Below, in pieces: positions 49,998 through 59,308 of a stretch of 64,000 bases of DNA. Position 1 is the stretch's first letter; every line of letters begins with the position of its first letter. The notes under the pieces are model-generated. The model saw nothing but the letters and a program-made list of their open reading frames with translations. It was not told the DNA's origin and made no database searches. Location of the stretch: contig CBDCOZ010000003.1 of assembly GCA_965220085.1 (NCBI GenBank), forward strand, positions 544,001 through 608,000, given 5' to 3'. Position numbers and translations under genes: made by a program. The stretch comes from Candidatus Oxydemutatoraceae bacterium. GTDB lineage: Bacteria; Pseudomonadota; Gammaproteobacteria; Poriferisulfidales; Oxydemutatoraceae.

Positions 49998-50939
49998 ATG
50001 CATCCGGCGCTTTCCGTCATATTTTTTACCGTCGCATCCGGCATAGGCTACGGGTTTTTCTGTGTCCTTGGCATCGTCGGCATCTTTTCGCCGCTGCGCG
50101 ATGAACTCGTTATATGGGGCGGCGCGATAGCGCTCGCTCTGATCACGCTCGGCTTGATTTCTTCGACCGGGCATTTGGCGAATCGGAAAAATGCCTGGCG
50201 CGCGTTTTTCCGGCTGAGGACTTCCTGGCTTTCGCGCGAAGCGGTGTTGGCGATTCTGTTTTATCCGGCAGCGGCTTTGTATGGCGCGCTTTTCGTGCAA
50301 GGCCAGGGGTTGCCCGGCGGGGTGTTGTGGACTGTGTCGTCCGCTCTGTTGGCGGCGTTTTCTGTCGCGATTATTTTTTCTACCGGCATGATATACGCTT
50401 GTTTGAAAACGATTCGGCAGTGGAATACGCCGCTGACACCGGCGAACTATTTGTTGTTTGCGGTGTTGCACGGGCAGTTGTTATTGCTGGCGACGCAAGG
50501 GACGGCGCTTCCCGATGCGAACCTGTTTCTGCCGACCGTGTTTGGCTTGGCGTTCCTTTTTGTCGGCTTGGTGACGAAGGCGATCTATTATGTTTGGATC
50601 ACGCCGCCGGCGGGGCCGACGATCAATACCGCCACCGGTTTGACCGGCGCGACAGTTCGTTTGCTGGATGTCGGACACACGGCGGGCAATTTTTTGACCG
50701 AGGAGTTCGGCTACGAGTTGTCGCCCAAGTTGCGCACGGTGTTGCGTCTCGGTGTTTTTGCCTTGTGTTTTATTGCGCCCGCAATCATTCTTATCGCGGT
50801 GCTCGGCGGGCATTGCGGCGGCGGCTGCGCGGTGGTTGCTTTTCTGCTTTCCGTGGCGGGCATGTTGGTCGAGCGGTGGTTGTTTTTTGCCGAGGCTTGC
50901 CATGTCGTAAACCTCTATCACGGCGCGCCTCATACTTGA
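49998..50939 (+). CDS. soeC: SoeC DmsC-type membrane anchor
   Basis: MHPALSVIFFT, TSWLSRE and ERWLFFAEA motifs. Confidence 0.88.
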   Translation: MHPALSVIFFTVASGIGYGFFCVLGIVGIFSPLRDELVIWGGAIALALITLGLISSTGHLANRKNAWRAFFRLRTSWLSREAVLAILFYPAAALYGALFVQGQGLPGGVLWTVSSALLAAFSVAIIFSTGMIYACLKTIRQWNTPLTPANYLLFAVLHGQLLLLATQGTALPDANLFLPTVFGLAFLFVGLVTKAIYYVWITPPAGPTINTATGLTGATVRLLDVGHTAGNFLTEEFGYELSPKLRTVLRLGVFALCFIAPAIILIAVLGGHCGGGCAVVAFLLSVAGMLVERWLFFAEACHVVNLYHGAPHT

Positions 50940-50964
50940 TACGGATATTTCTCGGACGCAGACG

Positions 50965-52272
50965 GTGAAGCTCTCTATTATCGGATCGGGGTATGTGGGT
51001 TTGGTCAGCGGCGCTTGCCTCGCCGAACTGGGGCATACGGTGGTTTGCGCGGACAAGGATGCCGACAAGATCGCGTTGCTGAACGCGGGCGGAGTGCCGA
51101 TTTATGAACTCGGGCTTGAAGCGCTGATCAAAAAGAATGTCGGGGCGGGGCGCTTGTCTTTTGTCACCGACGGTCGGGATGCGGTCGCCGCAGCGGATGC
51201 CGTTTTTATTACGGTAGACACGCCGCCTCAAGAGGATATGTCGCCGGATCTGTCTTCTGTTTTGAGCGTGATCGATGCCATTGCGCCTTGCTTGCGAGGG
51301 GAGACGGTCGTTGTCGTGAAATCGACCGTCCCGTTGGGGACGTGCGCGCGATTGAAAGACCGGTTGTCGGGGAAGGCGTCGGGCGCCGACTTTTCTGTTG
51401 TTTCTAACCCGGAGTTTTTGCGCGAAGGCAAAGCGGTGGAGGATTTTATGTCGCCGGATAGGATCGTGATCGGCGCGGATGATGACAGGGCAAAGGCGGT
51501 CATGCGCAAGATTTATCGGCCGTTCATAGAGGCGGGTCAGACGGTTTTTTATACCGATACGGGCAATTCGGAGTTGATAAAGTATGTGTCTAACGCGATG
51601 TTGGCGATGAAGGTCGCTTTTATCAATGAGGTGGCGGATCTGTGCGAAGCGATGGGGCTCGATGTCGAAGAGGTGTCGCGGGCGGTCGGTTTGGACGCCC
51701 GTATCGGGTCGCAGTTCCTGAGCGCCGGGCCGGGCTATGGCGGGTCGTGCTTTCCTAAGGATACCCACAGCTTGTTGTCGGTTGCCGACGCTGTCGGCGC
51801 GCCGATGTCCATATTGCGCAGCGTGATCGCCGCCAACGACGAGAGGAAAAAGCGTCTGGCGGAAAAAATCGCGCGGGTCGTTGCGGGCGGTTTGTCCGGC
51901 AAGGTGATTGCGGTTCTCGGTTTGGCTTTCAAGGCCGATACCGATGATATGCGGTGTGCCCCGAGCCTTGATCTGGTGCCCGCGCTTCTTGAGCAGGGCG
52001 CTGCGGTCAGGGTCTATGACCCGCAGGCGATGGCAAACGCTTCGCTTCTTTTTCCCCAAGCGGAGTATTGCGATGATGTGTATGCGGCGGCGGCCGGCGC
52101 GGATTTGTCGGTCTTTCAAACCGATTGGCAGGAGTTCCTGCGGCTTGACTGGCACAAGTTAAAAACAGCGATGAATCATCCGGCTATATACGATCTCAGA
52201 AATTTTCTGGACGGCGAGAAGGTCGCTGGCGCCGGCTTTCAATACTTTTCAATCGGTCGCTCGCCGAAGTAG
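50965..52272 (+). CDS. ugd: UDP-glucose 6-dehydrogenase
   Basis: GSGYVGL, NPEFLREG and GYGGSCFPKD motifs. Confidence 0.95.
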   Translation: MKLSIIGSGYVGLVSGACLAELGHTVVCADKDADKIALLNAGGVPIYELGLEALIKKNVGAGRLSFVTDGRDAVAAADAVFITVDTPPQEDMSPDLSSVLSVIDAIAPCLRGETVVVVKSTVPLGTCARLKDRLSGKASGADFSVVSNPEFLREGKAVEDFMSPDRIVIGADDDRAKAVMRKIYRPFIEAGQTVFYTDTGNSELIKYVSNAMLAMKVAFINEVADLCEAMGLDVEEVSRAVGLDARIGSQFLSAGPGYGGSCFPKDTHSLLSVADAVGAPMSILRSVIAANDERKKRLAEKIARVVAGGLSGKVIAVLGLAFKADTDDMRCAPSLDLVPALLEQGAAVRVYDPQAMANASLLFPQAEYCDDVYAAAAGADLSVFQTDWQEFLRLDWHKLKTAMNHPAIYDLRNFLDGEKVAGAGFQYFSIGRSPK

Positions 52273-52276
52273 CGCC

Positions 52277-52513
52277 ATGCCTTATTTTATTTTCAAGTTC
52301 AGAAAAGAGAATGACGCGATCGCCTCGTTGGAGAACATCGAGGCGCGGGATAATTTCAAGGAAGCAAAAACAAAAGTCAGGGCTTTGCGAGCCGCTTTGC
52401 CCGCGGGCAGCGATGCCGTCATCAAAATGGTGTTTGCCGATGAGTGGGCGCAGGCCGAATCGCGCTTGCGCGAAAAGCGCAGCCCGCCGATCTTGCGCGA
52501 GTGGGAAAAGTAA
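52277..52513 (+). CDS. Small hypothetical protein
   Basis: 78 aa ORF 4 bp after ugd. Confidence 0.65.
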   Translation: MPYFIFKFRKENDAIASLENIEARDNFKEAKTKVRALRAALPAGSDAVIKMVFADEWAQAESRLREKRSPPILREWEK

Positions 52514-52554
52514 ACCTATGTTGTTCGGGGTTTAAGCGGACGCGGTGTTCGGGT

Positions 52555-54393
52555 TTAAGCGGGCGCGGGGTTCGCGGGAGCGTCATCGTCGTCTTTTCCG
52601 AGCAGTTGGCGGAATGGTTCGTTGGTTTCGGACAACTCTTCAAAGTTGCCTGCGCCGACAATTTCCCCTTGACTCAGCACATAGATCTTGTCGGCTTGTC
52701 TCAAGGTTTCCAACCGGTGCGTAATCATCACGATGGATTTGTCTTTCCAGTGGCGGGTGATGCTTTTCATAATCTGCTTTTCTGTCGCCGCGTCTATGGA
52801 TTTGGTCGCTTCATCCAGCAACAGCATCTGGCTGTTGCCATACAGCGCCCGCGCGATGCTCAGCCGTTGTGCCTGCCCGCCCGATAGTTTGTTGCCTTTC
52901 TGACCGACCTTCGTATTAATCCCGTGCGCGAGGCCGTCGATGACTTCGTCCAGTTTGGTGACTTCTATGATATGCGCCAGACGTTCCAGATCGATTTGAT
53001 CTTCTTCGACGCCGATGGTGATGTTTGCCAGAATGGTGTCGTCTATGATGTGCGACTTTTGGATGACATAACCGATGTTTCTTTGCCAACTCTGCGCGTT
53101 GTTAAACGTAATCGGAACGCCGTCTGCCAGGAGTCTGCCTTTGTCCGGGATATGATATGCGCTCAGCAAGTCAATGACGGTGGTTTTGCCGGAACCGTTT
53201 TTCCCGACCAGCGCGACGAACTCTCCCTTATGGACCGTGAGGCTAAAGTTCTCCAAGACATTTTTTTTGTTGCTTTTGCTGTGATATTGAAAGGAGATAT
53301 TTTCCAGTTTGGCCTCCTTTTCAAACCCTATTTTTTCGGCGCTTTGAACCAAATCAATGGCGACCAACTCTTTTATCAGAGCGTAGGAGCTTTCCAGAGC
53401 CAGTTCTTGCATCTTTATGTCGGTGCTTTGTTGCAAGATAATATTGACCGACCCCGCCACCCGCATCATGACGATGATGTACACGAAGAGGAAGGTGCTG
53501 ATTCTCTCGGGCGGGTAGTCGTACCAGATTGCCGCAAAGAAACCCACCAGCAGGCTTCCGTAATGGAGACTCGACGAAATCGTTGTGATCAGATTGTTTG
53601 AAATGAGCAAAGCGCGGGCTCTTTCGGCATCCTTTTTGGTCTTTTCTATGAAACGTTCCGAGAGGTGTTGTTCCCGTCCCAGAATTTTCAATTCTTTGAG
53701 CGCCCCGAAGCGGTCTTCCAGCACGTTTTGCGCTTGCACCCGCAATTTTTCCTCTTTCGCCCCGAGCTTTTGCAGATAGGGCGCCAGAATAAATCGCGAG
53801 GCCATGGTGAGCATGAGGAAGGAACTGAGGCCGAATATGCTGGCGATAGGGAAGAAATATACGAGAACCGACGAGGCGATGACAAAGGTAAAGGTATTGC
53901 TCAACACCAACGAGATGCTTTTGGATACCGCGCTCAGTGACAGGCAGCCGCGGTCTATCAGTTGCACCGGATTGCCGCCTTTGAATCTCCCGTAGTCATA
54001 CGTCAAAAAGTTCCTGAACAAGGACCTGGCCAACGCGATTTGTTTTCTGGACAGAAACAAATCGGTAATGTTGTTTATGAAAGTGGTCATGAAGCCTTGG
54101 AAGATCTGCGCGATGATGGCGGCTATGACCAAGATCACCAGCAGGTCCTGATACGATGTGCTCTGCAAAAAGTTTTCAATGACCGTCTTTGCGCTTTCCG
54201 GCAGAATTTCTCCGGCGCGGCCCATGCCTTTCTTGGAGTTGGGCGACACGACCAATCTGATCATCGGCAGAATGAGAAGCATCGGCAGAAACTGAAGTAT
54301 GGAGGTCACCATTTGCCCGGCGCTGAGAATGGTGAGCTGGGTGATGCCGCGCTTGCCGATGATGCGGAAGAAGAAATAAAGGCTTCTGATCAT
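52555..54393 (-). CDS. ABC exporter (TM + NBD), PglK/MsbA-like glycan flippase candidate
   Basis: GKNGSGKT, LSGGQ and LLLDEAT motifs; N-terminal TMs. Confidence 0.85.
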   Translation of the reverse strand: MIRSLYFFFRIIGKRGITQLTILSAGQMVTSILQFLPMLLILPMIRLVVSPNSKKGMGRAGEILPESAKTVIENFLQSTSYQDLLVILVIAAIIAQIFQGFMTTFINNITDLFLSRKQIALARSLFRNFLTYDYGRFKGGNPVQLIDRGCLSLSAVSKSISLVLSNTFTFVIASSVLVYFFPIASIFGLSSFLMLTMASRFILAPYLQKLGAKEEKLRVQAQNVLEDRFGALKELKILGREQHLSERFIEKTKKDAERARALLISNNLITTISSSLHYGSLLVGFFAAIWYDYPPERISTFLFVYIIVMMRVAGSVNIILQQSTDIKMQELALESSYALIKELVAIDLVQSAEKIGFEKEAKLENISFQYHSKSNKKNVLENFSLTVHKGEFVALVGKNGSGKTTVIDLLSAYHIPDKGRLLADGVPITFNNAQSWQRNIGYVIQKSHIIDDTILANITIGVEEDQIDLERLAHIIEVTKLDEVIDGLAHGINTKVGQKGNKLSGGQAQRLSIARALYGNSQMLLLDEATKSIDAATEKQIMKSITRHWKDKSIVMITHRLETLRQADKIYVLSQGEIVGAGNFEELSETNEPFRQLLGKDDDDAPANPAPA

Positions 54394-54623
54394 GATTTTG
54401 TTTTATGAGTTATTTCCGTGTTTGGGGTCTGTCTGTCGAAAAAAGCTATGCTTGCCATAAGGTTCTATGCCTATGTATTGGCGGTAATTATATAAGCGGC
54501 ATAAGTCTTTTGCCATTTGATATTATACTACCTGACATACCGACCGCCTCATGACTGGCGCTTTGTTTGTAATCAGCCGATTGTGGCGGTCGGTTTCCAT
54601 AAATATATGTGCGGGAGAAAAAA

Positions 54624-55250
54624 ATGAATGTGAAACGATTTTTAATTGGCCTTTTGGCGGCGCTCAGCTTGAGTTTGACCGGATGCGCATCTATGTCTTC
54701 GACATGGGATTGGTTTTTTGAGGATGACGAGGAGCAAATGGCCGATGCCGAGTATGAGGAGGATGAGTTTGAAGAGGAATTTGAGGACGAGTTTGAGGAC
54801 GAATTCGAAGAAGAGTTTGAAGAGGATGAGTTCGAAGAAGAGATGATGGATGATGATTACGGTGATCGGCCGATGGAACAAGAGCGGCGCCGTAATCGGG
54901 CGTCTGTGTCCGCAAAGACCCCGCAACGCGTCGCTATCTATTTTGACTATAAAAGCGCTTCGATTCCGGCCAACGGCATGAATTTGCTGCAGTTGCACGG
55001 GCAGTATCTGCGCAGCAATCCGGATCGCACCGTCGTGCTGGCGGGGCATACCGATTCGGTTGCGCCGGCCGAATACAACCGGCGGCTTTCCATGCAAAGG
55101 GCGCAGTCTGTGGCGCGAGCGCTGGTGCAAATGGGCGTGTCCGAGTCGCAAATCCGGGTGGTTGCCCGCGGCGAGGAGGAGCTTGCGGCTCCCGGCGATG
55201 ACGAGCAGGCGCAGGCTCTGAACCGGAGAGTGGAACTCATCTATCAGTAA
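54624..55250 (+). CDS. OmpA/Pal-domain lipoprotein with a long acidic linker
   Basis: Lipobox LTGC; IYFDY, GHTD, YNRRLSMQRA and NRRVEL motifs. Confidence 0.88.
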   Translation: MNVKRFLIGLLAALSLSLTGCASMSSTWDWFFEDDEEQMADAEYEEDEFEEEFEDEFEDEFEEEFEEDEFEEEMMDDDYGDRPMEQERRRNRASVSAKTPQRVAIYFDYKSASIPANGMNLLQLHGQYLRSNPDRTVVLAGHTDSVAPAEYNRRLSMQRAQSVARALVQMGVSESQIRVVARGEEELAAPGDDEQAQALNRRVELIYQ

Positions 55251-55303
55251 GCGTTTGTTTTGGGGATGGCGGCGGCGGGGGGTTGCGGCTCCCTCCGCCA
55301 TCC

Positions 55304-55699
55304 TCACGATACGCGTTTGGCGGGCGATGACCTTTTCTTGCGGATGCGCACCGCGCGATTCTTGTCAAAAAATACGACCAGTCTGTGGCGCTCGTTTTCT
55401 TTGTACAGAGAATCCACATAGTAGACATAATCCCAGCGGTCTTCGCGGAACATGCTGGGCAGAATGGGTTTGCCGAGCAGGAAAGCGACCTGTTCCTTGC
55501 TCATGCCGGGCTTGATTTCCGCGATGGTCTCTGCGGTGAGTACGTTGCCTTGCGGGATATCCATGCGATAGAGCCGGAATGTATCGGCTGAAAACATTCT
55601 CTCAAAAAAGCTTGCGGTCTCGGACGGCCGGTTGCTTGAGCACGCGCCGACTGCCAGAGATATGACCAGATATAGTGATAAGTACGGGGTATGTCGCAT
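55304..55699 (-). CDS. bamE: Outer membrane assembly lipoprotein BamE
   Basis: Lipobox VGAC; DIPQGN, PGMSKEQVAFLLG and RWDYVY motifs. Confidence 0.92.
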   Translation of the reverse strand: MRHTPYLSLYLVISLAVGACSSNRPSETASFFERMFSADTFRLYRMDIPQGNVLTAETIAEIKPGMSKEQVAFLLGKPILPSMFREDRWDYVYYVDSLYKENERHRLVVFFDKNRAVRIRKKRSSPAKRVS

Positions 55700-55755
55700 T
55701 TGCTGTGATAATGGGGCTCGGATTAAAATGATAACATACGATGAGGGGCAGGGCG

Positions 55756-57082
55756 TGTATGGTGCCAGTACATATTGGAAACTTTGGGCAAATGTTGTGT
55801 AATTTGTGCCATAGGTGTTTGGAGCCTCAATCCATAATGTGGTCGTTGGGTATTAAACCATAGCAGGCAGTCTATCATACGCTCATTGAATTCCCGAATA
55901 TCGGTCAGCAACAAGCCCTCTTCAAACTCCACAAATTCTTCCTGGAGCGCGCGGTTAAAGCGTTCATTGAATGCATTCATCTTCGGGCATTTCGGATACG
56001 TGTGGCAGTGGCGGATACCCTGCTCTTGCAGGCAGCGATCAAACGCGCCGCAGAACTCGGAGCCGTTGTCGGTGAGCGCTTGCTCTATCTTGGCGGGAAA
56101 AACTTGCATCACCAACTTCATAAAGAACTCGGCGGCGATGCTGTTGCCACGAGGGACGCCGATAGCAAAACCAAACCGGCTATGCAAATCTACGGCCGTG
56201 AACAGATAACGGCGATGACCTTGAATAAATCGTTGCGCGGTATCCATAGCGATGCAATACCCGGGATACGTGGCCTTGGAACCCTTTTTAAGACGGTGCT
56301 TGCGCTTGCTTTGCGGTGTGCGCTGCCGCCGCACGGTCGCGCGCCCCCCGCACATCTTATCGGCTTCGCCGGCAATCAGTCGCGCGATGGGTGCGCGGCT
56401 TGGGACAACGCAAGCCACGCTCGTCACACCACGGTTGAATCAGCAGGTATGGCTTGGGTGGGCAAACAACATGTAATGAGGCACAATAATGAGAGGCACA
56501 AACAACTTTGTTGTTTGTGTATTTTTTGATGAGAGGCACAAACAACTTTGTTGTTTGTGTATTTTTTGATGAGAGCACAAACGATATGAGAGCACAGTGA
56601 TAAGAGCACAAACAACTCTGTTGTTTGTGTGTTCTTAGATTTGTTGTTTGTGGTTCCTTAAGTTGTTTGTGTTCCATAAACTGTTTGCGGGTTGGGTATG
56701 GGGTGCGCCGTAGGGATAGTTTTCGCGGTGTCGCCGAATCTCGGCGATTATCTCCGCAGACCAGTCGCGCCGGCGTGGCTGGCGCGGGGTTGTGCTCTGA
56801 TTGACTAAGCCGTTAATGCCATAAAGCCGATATTGTTTCTGCCACTTATAGAGCGATGAGGGGCTGACATGGTAAGCGTCTATGCTGGCTTTTATGTTGT
56901 GTTTCTCCCATAATATAAGGGCGTCAAGTTTCTGTTTTGCTTTATAGCTCATAGTTGCCTCGTCTATTGAAAAAGCAGCTATTTTATAGAAACCTTTGAT
57001 GCCGTGGCCGATGTGTTGATATTGCATGTCGGCTACGTTTTTTGTTGAAGCCAAGAATCCGGAATGTTTCTGGCATTATGCA
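55756..57082 (-). mobile_element. IS481-family element with disrupted transposase and 5-bp target duplication
   Basis: Inverted ends TGTATGGTGCCAGTACAT (55756) and ATGTTTCTGGCATTATGCA (57082), with GGGCG on both flanks. DDE core (MDT, TDNGSEF, NERFNR) is split from the N-terminus by a repeat insert and a frameshift. Confidence 0.9.
56462..56700. repeat. CACAAACA-unit repeat array, locus 3 (inside the IS481 transposase)
   Basis: Three 23-bp palindromes CACAAACAAC-N3-GTTGTTTGTG, one in a ~39-bp tandem duplication, plus direct units. Confidence 0.9.
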
Positions 57083-57112
57083 GGGCGCATGAGGCGTTGT
57101 TTCATGTGCGCA

Positions 57113-57192
57113 TTTAATGAGGCACAAACAATACTTAATTGTTTGCGGATTGTTTAATGAGGCACAAACAATACTTAACTGTTTGCGGATTG
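57113..57192. repeat. CACAAACA family locus 4: 40-bp unit x2 directly upstream of fur
   Basis: TTTAATGAGGCACAAACAATACTTAA(T/C)TGTTTGCGGATTG twice, 1 mismatch. Confidence 0.92.
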
Positions 57193-57196
57193 TTTT

Positions 57197-57619
57197 ATGA
57201 GTATGTCACAAAAAGAGTTGAGAGCGGCTGGTTTGGTTGTCACGGTTCCAAGACTCAAGGTGCTTGAGTTGATGGAACAGGGCAAAGACAGGCATATGAC
57301 CGCCGATGATATATACCACAAGTTGGCCGAAGACAATCAGGATATCAGCCTGGGTACGGTGTATAGGGTGTTGACTCAGTTTGAGGCGGCCGGGTTGGTT
57401 ATTCGCAGCCAGTTTGAAAAAGGGCGCGCTTATTATGAGTTGAACAGCGGCAACCATCACGACCATATGATTTGCACGCAATGCGGAAAAATCATGGAAT
57501 TCTTTGATGATGTCCACGAAGACCGCTTGGAAAAAATCAGCGCGGCGCAAAACTGCAAGTTAAACGATCACTTTCTGGTGCTGTATGTTACCTGTCCCGC
57601 TTGTCGCAAAAGCGGTTAA
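57197..57619 (+). CDS. fur: Ferric uptake regulator
   Basis: TVYRVLTQFEAAG, HHDHMICTQCG; bamE/fur/recN synteny. Start could be 57203. Confidence 0.93.
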   Translation: MSMSQKELRAAGLVVTVPRLKVLELMEQGKDRHMTADDIYHKLAEDNQDISLGTVYRVLTQFEAAGLVIRSQFEKGRAYYELNSGNHHDHMICTQCGKIMEFFDDVHEDRLEKISAAQNCKLNDHFLVLYVTCPACRKSG

Positions 57620-59298
57620 TTCGCCAAAAGCGAGGCTTTTTCAAGCATCTCTTGCGCATAGCTCAGCGATTGCCGGGTTATTTCGGCGCCCGCCATCATC
57701 CTCGCCACTTCGTGTCGGCGCTCGGTCTTATCCAGCATTTTTATTTGCACTTGGGTCGTATTTTGATCCGATGACTTGTCTACCGAGTAATGATGCCCGG
57801 CATAACTCGCGACTTGCGGCAGGTGCGTGATGCAAAAGACTTGGGCATTTTGGCTGATCGTCTTGAGCAACTTGCCGACCGCTTCGGCGGTAGCCCCGCC
57901 GACACCGCTGTCGACTTCGTCAAAGATCAGCACCGGGGTCGTGCGGTATTTTGACAGCGCCATCTGCAACGCGAGGCTGATGCGCGATAGCTCGCCGCCC
58001 GATGCGATCAGCGCGAGCGATTGCGCCGCGTATCCGGGGTTTGTTTGCATCATAAACTCTGCGCGCTCATAGCCGTTCGGCGCGGGTTGTTCTTTGTCGG
58101 CGGGGGTGAGGCGTATTTCCAGTTGCGCTTTCGCCATATTCAATTGGCGCAAGGTGTTTGTCACTTCTTGCTCTATTTGTTTTGCGACCTGACGGCGTTT
58201 TTGACTGATCGCCGTCGCCAGTTTTGCGTATTCCGCTTTGATTCTTTCGCGTTCTTCCTCCAGTTCCTCCCGCTTGGTTTCGGCATTGTCCAGTTGCGCC
58301 AGTTCGGATTGGGCTTTCTGCAGGACATCAAACAATAACTGCGGTTGCGCTTTGTAGCGCCGCGCCAGTTCGCATATTTGTCGCAGGCGTTCCTCAAGGC
58401 GCTTGAAATCTTGTTCGTCGGTGTTGATGCTTTCAAGACAGGCGCGTATGTCGCGCGACGCATCGTTGATTTGCGACAGCGCGCCGAGTATCAGTTGGGC
58501 GGCGCTTTTGATCTGATTATCGTATTCGCTCAGGGGTTCCAGAATCGCTCTGACTTGGTTCAGAGAGCCCGTCACCGACGGCTCGTCTCCGTCGAGAATC
58601 TGATCGGTTTGAGTCAGGCTGGTTCTGAGTTCTTCTCCGCGCGCCAACTTGCGATGTTCTTGCTCGACTTTTTCATATTCTCCTTCGCTGATCTCGTTGC
58701 GCTCCAGATCTTCGATCTGTTGTTTGAGAATTTCGCAGCGGATTTCTCTTTCGCGCAGGTTATCGGCATGCGTTTCCAACCGCTTGCCGGTTTCGCGCCA
58801 TTGTTCGTACAGCCGGTTCATCTTTTCCACCTGTTCCAGATGGTCGCAGCGGACGTCGATCAACCATAGTTGATAGTCTTTGTTGAGCAGCTTCTGGTGC
58901 GCATTTTGTCCGACGATATCCACGATCAACGAACCGAGTTCTTTCAGTTGTTGGAGCGTGACCAGAGAATCGTTGATATGCGCTTGCGACCGCCCGTCCT
59001 TGGAACAGGCGCGGCGGAGAATGCAACTGTCGTCTTCGGTATCCAGCGCGTGGTCTCGCAACCACTCGCGCACGCGCGGCAAATCGCCGGTGTCGATCGC
59101 GATGCTGACGCGCAGTTTTTCCGCGTCGGCGCGCACCAGATTGCTGCGCGCCCGCTTGCCCAGCGCCATCTCCAGCGCGTCTATCAGGATGGATTTGCCG
59201 GCGCCCGTTTCCCCGGTCAGCACAGAAAAACCGTTGTCAAATTCCGCCCGGATGCGATCGATGACCGCAAAATTTTCTACTGTCAGCGCTTTGAGCAT
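57616..59298 (-). CDS. recN: DNA repair protein RecN
   Basis: TGETGAGKS, ASGGELSR, FDEVDSG and ITHLPQVA motifs. Confidence 0.96.
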   Translation of the reverse strand: MLKALTVENFAVIDRIRAEFDNGFSVLTGETGAGKSILIDALEMALGKRARSNLVRADAEKLRVSIAIDTGDLPRVREWLRDHALDTEDDSCILRRACSKDGRSQAHINDSLVTLQQLKELGSLIVDIVGQNAHQKLLNKDYQLWLIDVRCDHLEQVEKMNRLYEQWRETGKRLETHADNLREREIRCEILKQQIEDLERNEISEGEYEKVEQEHRKLARGEELRTSLTQTDQILDGDEPSVTGSLNQVRAILEPLSEYDNQIKSAAQLILGALSQINDASRDIRACLESINTDEQDFKRLEERLRQICELARRYKAQPQLLFDVLQKAQSELAQLDNAETKREELEEERERIKAEYAKLATAISQKRRQVAKQIEQEVTNTLRQLNMAKAQLEIRLTPADKEQPAPNGYERAEFMMQTNPGYAAQSLALIASGGELSRISLALQMALSKYRTTPVLIFDEVDSGVGGATAEAVGKLLKTISQNAQVFCITHLPQVASYAGHHYSVDKSSDQNTTQVQIKMLDKTERRHEVARMMAGAEITRQSLSYAQEMLEKASLLAN

Positions 59299-59308
59299 GG
59301 CATATGCG

